DNA of 29,840 nt, from positions 1 through 29,840 of IMG/VR virus record IMGVR_UViG_3300012038_000032; one strand, given 5' to 3'. Both the position numbers and the translations under genes were made by a program. The notes under the pieces are model-generated. The model saw only the letters and a program-made list of their open reading frames with translations, had not been told where the DNA came from and did not search any database. This stretch comes from a virus (Duplodnaviria; Caudoviricetes). Shown here piece after piece: positions 9,650 to 16,934 of the stretch; the stretch's first letter is position 1, and every line of letters starts with the position of its first letter.

Positions 9650-11608
9650 CTACTTGTAGCTGTAGAGCAACTTCACATCGTCTACGCCGACCTCCGCCAC
9701 GCTTGAATACGCTTCGCCAGTTGTGAGCCAGCATTTGATGCCGGTCGTGAATGCCAACCCGCGCGCAAAGCTAAACGTGATCCCCGCGCCGATGGTCTGA
9801 CCAGGAATCGCGAGGTCGATGTCGGTCGCCGCCGCTAACGTGTCCGTGCCGGGGGCACCGTCGCCCACTTCATCTTGGTTCTCACAGCGGAGATAGGCGA
9901 CCGTGGCCGCTGTATTCGTTGCAGTCACGGACCACAAGACGGCTGGAGCCGCTGCCACGACATGCTCGTCTTCCGTCGCGCCTGCCGAGGTATAGGCGTA
10001 GTGACTCGCCGCTGTCTCTGCATTGTCGATGATGGCCAGCGCGGTATTTGTGGTGCCGAGTAGAGCTTCGATGCCATCCACGGCTGTTTCGGTATCCACA
10101 GCCGCCGTAAGGAGCGACCCGGCTTGTTCCGTCACCGCTGCGACATACGGGGTCGCGCTCGTGCCGCGTTCCAGTGCGCCGTCTTCGCTGACGACCATCA
10201 CGTATTGAACACCTTGCAACGAGACAGCGAACGGTGCCGCTTCTTCTTCGGTGTTTACGTTCGCGGTCGTCGGAAGAGCGGCCCCATCAAACTCTTTATA
10301 GCTGCCGAGACTACCTGGACCGGTCGTGCCCACCGCCGTGCCGATGGTCATGTCGGCTGAGGGCGTCAGCACTGCACCAGCGCCTGACAGCAACGTCACA
10401 TACGCCGCGCCATACGCCGATCCGCGCAAGGCAACGTTATCGCCGTCCGCCGCAATCGACGCAGGTGTGTCCGCGCGCACAACAATTTGCGCGTTACCAA
10501 CTGGGTCAGCCGCAGCAGGCGCATCTTCCGTGTATTGCGACCCACCTGAACATCCTGAGTCGCAGATGACATTGAATGCGCCTGAACCGTCGCCAACTTG
10601 TAGGACGCCTGCTGTTGCTAATAGACGATCCCATGTGGTGCCGTCGAAGCCCATTAGAAACGATGTTGTGTTTAGTCCGTCAAGAGTATTCGCTAAATCA
10701 TTCGCCTGAGTTGTGGTCATGGGGATTGCAGCACCACCTAGTTGGGTGATATTGAATCCAGCACCCGATACCGCGTCATCAATTAGTTGTGAAGATGTTA
10801 GAAGAGCGCCCGCACCTTCGACGGATTGAACGGCGAAAGTGCCAGCATTTGTCACCGGCCCCGCAATAGCGAGTTGATTACTCGCATCGACATTTGCGCC
10901 GCGCTCGTTACCTGCTCCGTCTCGAATCATCCCGTAGAGGACTCGATTGGTTGACATACGGACAAGACCAGCTTCATCTTCGGCTATTACTGTTGAGGTA
11001 TCGGCAAATAAACCAGCCATGGGAACTACGTCGTCTGTGTCGTCGTTGAATGCTGCACCATCAATGTGGGAGACACCTGAACCGGAGCAGTCGCCACATG
11101 TAACTGGGACAGCAGTTGCACGAAGCTCTGTGTCAGTAAGGCCCCCACCTGAAGCAGCTCCTCCACCTCCGCCACCTCCTGATTGGACAGCACTTAAAAC
11201 AATTCCTACATCTGTGGCTGCGAAGCCTGCTGTAGCGATTACTCGAATAGCTCTACATGCAGCGACATTTTGGATCTCCCAAATACCAACTTCGTCGGTA
11301 ACGGAGAAGACAGTTGTGGTTGAGTCGGTTAGCGATAACTTAAGCTCATTGTCTGCATCGAATGTTGTTCCATCTAAGCTACATTGTACTTCCCATGTTC
11401 CTGAATAGGTGTCTAGAGTTTGGATTTTAGCTGAACCAATACCACCCATACCTACGACTTCAGCTTGGGTGATCGTGACAGCTCCACCATTTACAGAAAT
11501 GGTTCCAGGTTTAACAAGAGGTTGGAGCCGAACGAAAGTTTGGGCTGAGACTGCTGTAGAAGTAAGTAAGACTATAGCAGCTGTCTGTAACCATTTCATG
11601 TATGTCAT
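9650..11608 (-). CDS. mosaic fibre/decoration-like protein with signal peptide
   Basis: Signal peptide MKWLQTAAIVLLTSTAVSA/Q. Domain TWEVQCSLDGTTF...CRAIRV, Gly linker, repeats GLTDTELRATAVPV and GPVTNAGTFAVQ, and a C-terminal ...GLAFTTGIKCWLT domain. Confidence 0.7.
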   Translation of the reverse strand: MTYMKWLQTAAIVLLTSTAVSAQTFVRLQPLVKPGTISVNGGAVTITQAEVVGMGGIGSAKIQTLDTYSGTWEVQCSLDGTTFDADNELKLSLTDSTTTVFSVTDEVGIWEIQNVAACRAIRVIATAGFAATDVGIVLSAVQSGGGGGGGAASGGGLTDTELRATAVPVTCGDCSGSGVSHIDGAAFNDDTDDVVPMAGLFADTSTVIAEDEAGLVRMSTNRVLYGMIRDGAGNERGANVDASNQLAIAGPVTNAGTFAVQSVEGAGALLTSSQLIDDAVSGAGFNITQLGGAAIPMTTTQANDLANTLDGLNTTSFLMGFDGTTWDRLLATAGVLQVGDGSGAFNVICDSGCSGGSQYTEDAPAAADPVGNAQIVVRADTPASIAADGDNVALRGSAYGAAYVTLLSGAGAVLTPSADMTIGTAVGTTGPGSLGSYKEFDGAALPTTANVNTEEEAAPFAVSLQGVQYVMVVSEDGALERGTSATPYVAAVTEQAGSLLTAAVDTETAVDGIEALLGTTNTALAIIDNAETAASHYAYTSAGATEDEHVVAAAPAVLWSVTATNTAATVAYLRCENQDEVGDGAPGTDTLAAATDIDLAIPGQTIGAGITFSFARGLAFTTGIKCWLTTGEAYSSVAEVGVDDVKLLYSYK

Positions 11609-11620
11609 AGTTTGAGTCTC

Positions 11621-11660
11621 AAAAAAAAACCCTCTACCTCTTTTGGGTAGAGATAGAGGG
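11621..11660 (-). terminator. Rho-independent terminator
   Basis: CCCTCTA...TAGAGGG stem followed by T9. Confidence 0.7.
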
Positions 11661-11691
11661 CCTGTGGTTTGACTAGGTTACCTAGATGGGG

Positions 11692-12141
11692 TTAGAGGTT
11701 AGTTGAGTAGACTCGGTAGACGACTCTATAGTGGATTTTACCAGCAGCTGTGCCGGGGTTTGTTACTGCAGATGCGGTAACTAGGGCTAGTCCTTTATTT
11801 GCGACGAGGACATTAAAGGTGGCTGCTAGGGGGACGAATTGGATAATCTTGTCTGCTGTGGTTTGGATAAAGTTAGCGTTAGAGACAAGACCTGTGAGGG
11901 CAGCACCACCTGCTGAGATGTTAACTGTGGTATTGCCTCCAGCTGTGTAGGCTGCTGTGTCAAACTCGTTAATGAAGACAGCTGATACAAGTTCAACGAC
12001 CTTAGTAGCACCATAGGCTGGGACAACAACGAAACCATTTGCATGGCTTAGTTGACCAACAACTGTGCCGATGATCTGGGCGGCGGAAATGGTTCCTTGT
12101 GTGAGGAGGGTTTTGGGAGTGGTTATACCTGTAATAGTCAT
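11692..12141 (-). CDS. putative virion structural/decoration protein
   Basis: Likely start ATG 12141 (TAATG coupling). Beta-rich, ends GKIHYRVVYRV; two genes separate it from the capsid gene. Confidence 0.6.
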   Translation of the reverse strand: MTITGITTPKTLLTQGTISAAQIIGTVVGQLSHANGFVVVPAYGATKVVELVSAVFINEFDTAAYTAGGNTTVNISAGGAALTGLVSNANFIQTTADKIIQFVPLAATFNVLVANKGLALVTASAVTNPGTAAGKIHYRVVYRVYSTNL

Positions 12142-13133
12142 TATACCTTCGCTCCCCAAGTCGAAAAGTGACGGACTTTGAGGTCCTTTGCTGCTGCTGC
12201 TGATGTTTCAATGTAGAGCTGGGGGTTGAATTCCTCGTCTACGTCTACGGCAGCGGCTGCTGAGGTTGATTTAAGAACCTTGTCAATAAATGTTCGCATC
12301 ACACCGTCTGCATCGACCTCAACTCGAAGTCTCTGGTAAGTTTCTGCTGCGGCTGCGTCTACACCTGTGTCGCGTGCAGCTGCGAGGAGTGTTCCACCTG
12401 CACCTACGTCAAAGTTGACGTGGCACCAGTCGGAGGCGAGAGTTAACTCTGAACTCCATGTAAGACCGGCAATGTCAACCGCGACGTTTGTAATGGTTGT
12501 GGTTGCGTAGGTCATGAGGGGTGGGAGAAGGGCTGTGCCGAGACCGCTGAAACCACAGAAAACTGCTTTGGCTGTTAAGTTGGTAACGTTGGCGATGTTT
12601 ACGTCGATGACCATCGTACCGTTTTGATCTGGTTGGAAGACAGGAACTGTTCCTGTTCCTACTGAAAGAACACTAATATGGGCATCGGTAGCACCGCTTG
12701 AGAGGAGGGCGACAGCACCTTTACCATCTGTTGCTACGAAGTCTACAACGAGACCACCGAGAGAGCTATCAATTCCAGCACCATGAAGGCGGATACCTGA
12801 ACCTGAGAGGGTTGTGGAGGTGGCTGTGTCGGTAACTGCAACTCCGAGACCATCTCGGAAATCTGAGTACCAACCAAGGAGCCCACGTTGTTGGAAGGTA
12901 GCTGGTGTCCAATAGGGGGAGGTGATTGTTCCTTCGTTGACAAAGAGAACATCATTTGTTGTGGCAAGGTAGAGGGAACCCGGTGAGGCACCTCGACCAC
13001 CCTTGACTGTGGTCCCTGCTGTTCCTGACTTAGGGAAGCCGGTTCCACTGAAGAAACCTGCACCGTCAATGACTTGGAATCCACCAGCGGTGGCGATACG
13101 GGGACCGAGGTTGCTATATTGATTTGAAGCCAT
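12141..13133 (-). CDS. putative virion structural protein (beta-sandwich/lectin-like)
   Basis: 330 aa with an N-terminal GTGFP...GSLYL...LFVNEG...YW module and a C-terminal YQRLRVEVDADGVMRTFID ConA-like pattern. Confidence 0.6.
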   Translation of the reverse strand: MASNQYSNLGPRIATAGGFQVIDGAGFFSGTGFPKSGTAGTTVKGGRGASPGSLYLATTNDVLFVNEGTITSPYWTPATFQQRGLLGWYSDFRDGLGVAVTDTATSTTLSGSGIRLHGAGIDSSLGGLVVDFVATDGKGAVALLSSGATDAHISVLSVGTGTVPVFQPDQNGTMVIDVNIANVTNLTAKAVFCGFSGLGTALLPPLMTYATTTITNVAVDIAGLTWSSELTLASDWCHVNFDVGAGGTLLAAARDTGVDAAAAETYQRLRVEVDADGVMRTFIDKVLKSTSAAAAVDVDEEFNPQLYIETSAAAAKDLKVRHFSTWGAKV

Positions 13134-13191
13134 TAGAATCCTTTGTCCAAATTGTCATGGACCCACAAGCCTATAGAGGGTATAGGCACCC

Positions 13192-13222
13192 AAAAAAAGG
13201 GGGAAGATTTTCATCCTCCCCC
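13192..13222 (-). terminator. Rho-independent terminator
   Basis: GGGGGAGGAT-GAAA-ATCTTCCCCC then a T-run; GNRA tetraloop. Confidence 0.85.
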
Positions 13223-13240
13223 AGACCATTCAATTAGGGA

Positions 13241-13684
13241 TTAAGCTCCCTGTAGGTCGTCTACGTATGGATACCAAACTTGGATATCTCCAACAGCTGC
13301 GGCTGTTGTGGCTGTTCTAGAAACGCATCCCTGAATTTGATCTCCTGCTGCTCGACCATCACCGACCTTGCCGTCTGTCGTTTCTCGACCGATTGGGGCA
13401 TTGTCGGCGCTGTTGGCTACGATGTTCGCTGAGGTTGTACCATAGATACAATACCAACCAAACTTAGTTGTTGCGTCTACAGCTGCCTGTGCGAAGGCGA
13501 CGGGTCCGATTGCGTTTGCGGCGAGGAGAGCTGTGACACCGTCCTCATCGAATGTGACCGCGTCGAAGGCGACTGTGGATGCGACACCCTTGAGATAGAT
13601 GTATTCGTTTCCTGCTAAGCTGCGCTTACGAGTACCTAGACGATATCTACGATTAGTTGTGTGAATTTCTGTCTGCCATGCCAT
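13241..13684 (-). CDS. capsid decoration/cement protein
   Basis: 147 aa directly after the capsid gene; LGTR...GNEYIYLKG and KFGWYCIYG motifs typical of post-capsid cement proteins. Confidence 0.65.
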   Translation of the reverse strand: MAWQTEIHTTNRRYRLGTRKRSLAGNEYIYLKGVASTVAFDAVTFDEDGVTALLAANAIGPVAFAQAAVDATTKFGWYCIYGTTSANIVANSADNAPIGRETTDGKVGDGRAAGDQIQGCVSRTATTAAAVGDIQVWYPYVDDLQGA

Positions 13685-13742
13685 GGTATGTGTCCTCGTT
13701 CCACCGACCTATCGTAATGATAGGGGGGTCTGGTGGGTTGGG

Positions 13743-13783
13743 AAAAAAAGAGATGAGGCACCAACTTGGGGTCAGTGCCTCGT
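13743..13783 (-). terminator. Rho-independent terminator after major capsid gene
   Basis: ACGAGGCAC...GTGCCTCAT stem, then CTC and T7. Confidence 0.7.
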
Positions 13784-13788
13784 GGTTA

Positions 13789-14733
13789 TTAGGCCTGATC
13801 CGCGACTGCCAGTCTGCTCTTGTTGTTTGTGATCGCTTGGAGAGCGGAGTAGATGAGGAAGTAGCTGGCATTCTGACCGGGAACTGGCTCAGTCTGCTGC
13901 TTGTCTCGGAAGTACTGCTTGCTCACAAGAATCTTGTAGCTCTTGGGACTCAAGAAGTAGACCTTGGTTCCGCCGTACTGACTGAAGCCATAGTCCATGT
14001 TGTGGAACTTGATGGTCTGGAAGCCAGCATCGGCTGTTGACGTGTCATTGAACCTCTGGAACGCCTGTAAGCTTGATTCAAACAAGACATACGGTGCTGA
14101 ACCTGAGACCATGAATGTGGGACCAAGTTGTGAGCCTGAGCCCTTGAGTGCCTCAACTTCTACTGTTGTGAAGGTTGCTTCGATATCTGATGCGTCTGTG
14201 TACGTGTCCGCGTAGTTACGCCAGAATGTTTCAACTGCGGCATCGATTCCACCGACTGTACCCTGTCCTGATGTAGGAACGAGGGTGTCGAGACCGTTGA
14301 CTTCAACTCCACCCGCTGTGGATGTGACGAAGATCAACTGTTCGAGAAGGTCGTCATGTGAGTTGATACCGTTTTCAAGGAGAGACTTGACAAGAGAAAT
14401 CTTCTGATTCTCTGTGGGGTTCTTGACTTCATCACCCTTGGTCCACGTAACTGGATATGAGATCTGTGCGACCTCATAGACCGCTGAGGTGAGGACTTCA
14501 GTCTTGATGAGTGCGAACTCGTCCTGATCGTTGGCGAGGACGCCACCGTCTGGGTTAGGCCTGTAGTCAAGAGGCGTTTCGATGTTTTCACCGAAATTGA
14601 TACGCTCAACTACGCCCTTCTTCTCCATGAGACGGAGAGCTGAGTTCTCCATCCACTGGTTTGCGGCCTTACGCATATCAGCAAGGACTGCTGGATATGA
14701 GACGGCTGCAATCTGTTCGATTGTTAATGCCAT
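13789..14733 (-). CDS. major capsid protein
   Basis: 314 aa; GENIETPLDY, NGLDTLV...GTVGGID...FWRN, DAGFQTIKF and VYFLSPK pattern; lies downstream of the scaffold and is followed by a terminator. Confidence 0.85.
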   Translation of the reverse strand: MALTIEQIAAVSYPAVLADMRKAANQWMENSALRLMEKKGVVERINFGENIETPLDYRPNPDGGVLANDQDEFALIKTEVLTSAVYEVAQISYPVTWTKGDEVKNPTENQKISLVKSLLENGINSHDDLLEQLIFVTSTAGGVEVNGLDTLVPTSGQGTVGGIDAAVETFWRNYADTYTDASDIEATFTTVEVEALKGSGSQLGPTFMVSGSAPYVLFESSLQAFQRFNDTSTADAGFQTIKFHNMDYGFSQYGGTKVYFLSPKSYKILVSKQYFRDKQQTEPVPGQNASYFLIYSALQAITNNKSRLAVADQA

Positions 14734-14820
14734 TATGTACCTATAGTTAGATTATTAGAAAAATCCGATATTTAAGGATATTAGCTAACTACGGGTAGCT
14801 GGCCGAACGCACTATACTTT

Positions 14821-15342
14821 TTACACGCCTAGTGTTGGGTCGGGAATAACTAGAACACCTTTAGAGAGGTGTCCCGGAAGGAATACAACTGAATCAGGAA
14901 GATAAGTAATTAAATCCAAAACCTTTTTGGAATTTGTAAACCACTCACCTCTAACATGATATAGAACAAGTTTTTTATGCACCTCCTGTTCTAATGTCCT
15001 GTCACCGGGGACTACGGCAATGATTTTACAAGGAGTTGCGTGTGACGTGTTAAACGTCTTTACTCTGCGCCTAATATTATTAGAATACCCTACTTTATAC
15101 CTACTGTCATGTTCAATAAGATATATGTAAGGGTTATTGTCTTTTTGAAGCTGTTGTACAATATTCATAACAGCTTCCTGTTCTCGTTCCAATGTATCGT
15201 TACGAGAACGTGATTTGTTTCGTCTGTCCAATATCCTTTGTTTTATACACTCCTTACACAGAAGCTTATCCCTGTTATCAGGATAAAACAAAAAATCTGG
15301 AAGATCTTTTTGATGTTTAATACACCATTTACTCATATACAC
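14821..15342 (-). CDS. T5orf172/MUG113-type GIY-YIG nuclease-family protein with N-terminal Zn-binding motif
   Basis: YIYLIE...YKVGYS...RRVKTF...LEQEVHKKL...RGEWF motif; N-terminal CxxH...CxxC; AT-rich compared with its neighbours. Confidence 0.85.
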   Translation of the reverse strand: MYMSKWCIKHQKDLPDFLFYPDNRDKLLCKECIKQRILDRRNKSRSRNDTLEREQEAVMNIVQQLQKDNNPYIYLIEHDSRYKVGYSNNIRRRVKTFNTSHATPCKIIAVVPGDRTLEQEVHKKLVLYHVRGEWFTNSKKVLDLITYLPDSVVFLPGHLSKGVLVIPDPTLGV

Positions 15343-15375
15343 CTCTACCTGAGGGAAGGACTTGAATCACGAAAG

Positions 15376-15463
15376 TGGAGCACCTAGTGGGATTTTCACC
15401 GCACGACCTCCCTCAGTAAGGGTTAACCTTAAGAGGGCGCTCTTATCCCTGAGCTATAGGCGC
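15376..15463 (-). tRNA. non-canonical tRNA-like RNA with elongated anticodon arm and encoded CCA
   Basis: Minus strand: GCGCCTA TA GCTC AGGGATAA GAGC G CCCTC [TTAAGGTTAACCCTTACT] GAGGG AGGTC GTGCGG TGAAAAT CCCAC TAGGTGC T CCA. Acceptor 7 bp with G3:U70, D-stem 4 bp, anticodon stem 5 bp, T-arm with a bulged C. Confidence 0.75.
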
Positions 15464-15467
15464 ATAC

Positions 15468-15516
15468 TGGCTGGGAGGGCTAGGTACGACCTAGCTGAAC
15501 TCTATAGTGCCTCCCA
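15468..15516 (-). ncRNA. 49-nt armless tRNA-like minihelix (acceptor stem + T-arm + NCCA)
   Basis: Minus strand: TGGGAGG CACTATAGAGTTCA GCTAG GTCGTAC CTAGC CCTCCCA G CCA. Perfect 7-bp and 5-bp stems, 7-nt loop containing UCG. Confidence 0.55.
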
Positions 15517-15720
15517 ATAACTAAATTTGCTGACTAAGCGTTTTACGTCCTTAGTCGTAAGTAAAGGACGGAAGCCCGTTAGGGCTGACTCTCTCCGAAG
15601 GAGAGGGAGGAGGATGGTAGGGTTACCGCCAGTTAGTTTCAACCCTAGGGCCTGAATTTGTCGAGCATTAGCTTCGTAGGAGGGTGAAGCTGCATGATCG
15701 GGCGGTTTCTGGGAGAATCC
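15517..15720 (-). ncRNA. candidate structured RNA with hairpins and two possible pseudoknots
   Basis: Complementary pairs at 15670-75/15686-91, 15618-24/15641-47, 15625-30/15701-06, 15546-52/15564-70 and 15532-36/15552-56, plus AGCCC-TAAC-GGGCT and CTCTCC-TTC-GGAGAG hairpins. Starts just after a near-consensus promoter. Confidence 0.5.
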
Positions 15721-15725
15721 CATGA

Positions 15726-15755
15726 AGTATATCACAAGACCTAGTGGTATGTCAA
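15726..15755 (-). promoter_or_regulatory. strong sigma70-type promoter driving the RNA locus
   Basis: TTGACA-18 nt-TATACT with an extended TG; overlapped by the inverted repeat ACCTAGTGG/CTACTAGGT. Confidence 0.75.
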
Positions 15756-15773
15756 CTACTAGGTACTAGGAGG

Positions 15774-16874
15774 TTATCGTAAGCCTGCCTTGTCAATCTC
15801 AGACTTGATGATATCCTCTAGAGAGCGGGGACCAGTCTTCTCCAGACCGGGCTTGGTTGAGGAGTGGGGAGCAGAGGTTGAGGTGGGGGCACTCTTGAGT
15901 TCTTGAAGGATCTTTGCTCGCATCTCCTTCTCTAGTTTGGACTTATCGGCTGTGACAGCTGTGGCTTGGGCCTGTATCTTGGGCACGACGACATGGCGGT
16001 AGGCGGCTTCGAGAGAGGCTTGGGGATAATCAGCCAAGACTTTGGTGATTTCCGCTTCATTCTCTTTAAAGAGGGGCCATGTGTAGGCTTCCTGAATCTG
16101 GGCCTGAACGATGGGACGGAGTTCCTGTTCCCTTTGATAGGTTTCATAGGATTGGTAGAGGGGACCAAACTTCTTCTCGACCTCAGCAAGGGTCTCGGTT
16201 CTAGCTTGGGTACGGTTCCACTCGTTCAGCTTCTTGAGACCTTCCATAGAGTAGACGGCAGTACCGTCGGCCTGTTGGACGTCTGGCTGGGGCATATTGT
16301 CGTCAACTGGAACCTGCTCAACCTGAGCCTGCGCCGCAGGCTGGATGAAGAGGGGAGAGAGGATCTGTTGATACTGGGGGAGGGTATAGAGCATTCGAAT
16401 GAACTTTTCCTGATCCCCAACCATCATCTTCTCAAAAGCTTCTACCTTGGTACGGTAGGTTTTGTGTCCTTCGTTCTCGTCTGTGAGGGCCTTGAGCTTG
16501 GGTTCCCACTCAGCCTTGGCCTTGGTCTCAGCTTCAGAGACGGCCTTGCCAACGATCTTGGTGACTCGTGAGTAGGGGATGCGGTTCTCCCGTCCGGGAG
16601 TGGATTCCTTGGGGATGCCGAATTTGGTTTCGAACTCGTCTTTTGGGGTGGCTTCGGCTTCAGCCTTGGCAGCAGCGGCTGCTGGGGATGAGACCTCTGA
16701 GGACGGGGTCGGGGTCTCCTCGGTCTCGGTTGTGACCTCTGGGGCTGTATCTGTGGCTTCTGTAGCGGTCTCTGAAGAGGTAGAGGCTTCTGGGGTCTCG
16801 ACGACTTCGGGAGTGTCGTCTGGGAGGGCGGCGTCTGAGATAGCATCTTCTATAATAGTTTCAAGGTCGCTCAT
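15774..16874 (-). CDS. capsid scaffolding protein
   Basis: Acidic low-complexity N-terminus, RIPYSRV motif, helical middle, C-terminus PRSLEDIIKSEIDKAGLR; lies between portal and capsid. Confidence 0.8.
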   Translation of the reverse strand: MSDLETIIEDAISDAALPDDTPEVVETPEASTSSETATEATDTAPEVTTETEETPTPSSEVSSPAAAAAKAEAEATPKDEFETKFGIPKESTPGRENRIPYSRVTKIVGKAVSEAETKAKAEWEPKLKALTDENEGHKTYRTKVEAFEKMMVGDQEKFIRMLYTLPQYQQILSPLFIQPAAQAQVEQVPVDDNMPQPDVQQADGTAVYSMEGLKKLNEWNRTQARTETLAEVEKKFGPLYQSYETYQREQELRPIVQAQIQEAYTWPLFKENEAEITKVLADYPQASLEAAYRHVVVPKIQAQATAVTADKSKLEKEMRAKILQELKSAPTSTSAPHSSTKPGLEKTGPRSLEDIIKSEIDKAGLR

Positions 16875-16900
16875 TTTGTTGATATCCTTTAGTAACGGCA

Positions 16901-16934
16901 GGGTCCCGTCAGTTTGACGAAACTGTTAACGTGG
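16901..16934 (-). repeat. hairpin motif copy A (upstream of scaffold, overlapping the HNH stop)
   Basis: Minus strand CCACGTTAACAGTTTCGTCAAACTGACGGGACCC, similar to 17426-17460. Confidence 0.6.

Noticed and set aside
7074-11615. Numerous plus-strand and alternate-frame ORFs
   Set aside because: They are shadows of long minus-strand genes in GC-rich sequence.
15343-15375. Theta/HDV-like ribozyme 3' of the tRNA-like RNA
   Set aside because: Only ~33 nt precede the next gene and no nested double-pseudoknot pattern is visible.
15502-15735. 77-aa minus-strand ORF in the RNA locus
   Set aside because: Its start codons lie inside or 2 nt after the promoter, it has no RBS, and it overlaps dense RNA helices. 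It is treated as incidental but not formally excluded.
15751-15760. GTCAACTAC resembling an IscB/IS200-605 end
   Set aside because: It is simply the reverse complement of the -35 box region; no IscB, TnpB or TnpA ORF is present.
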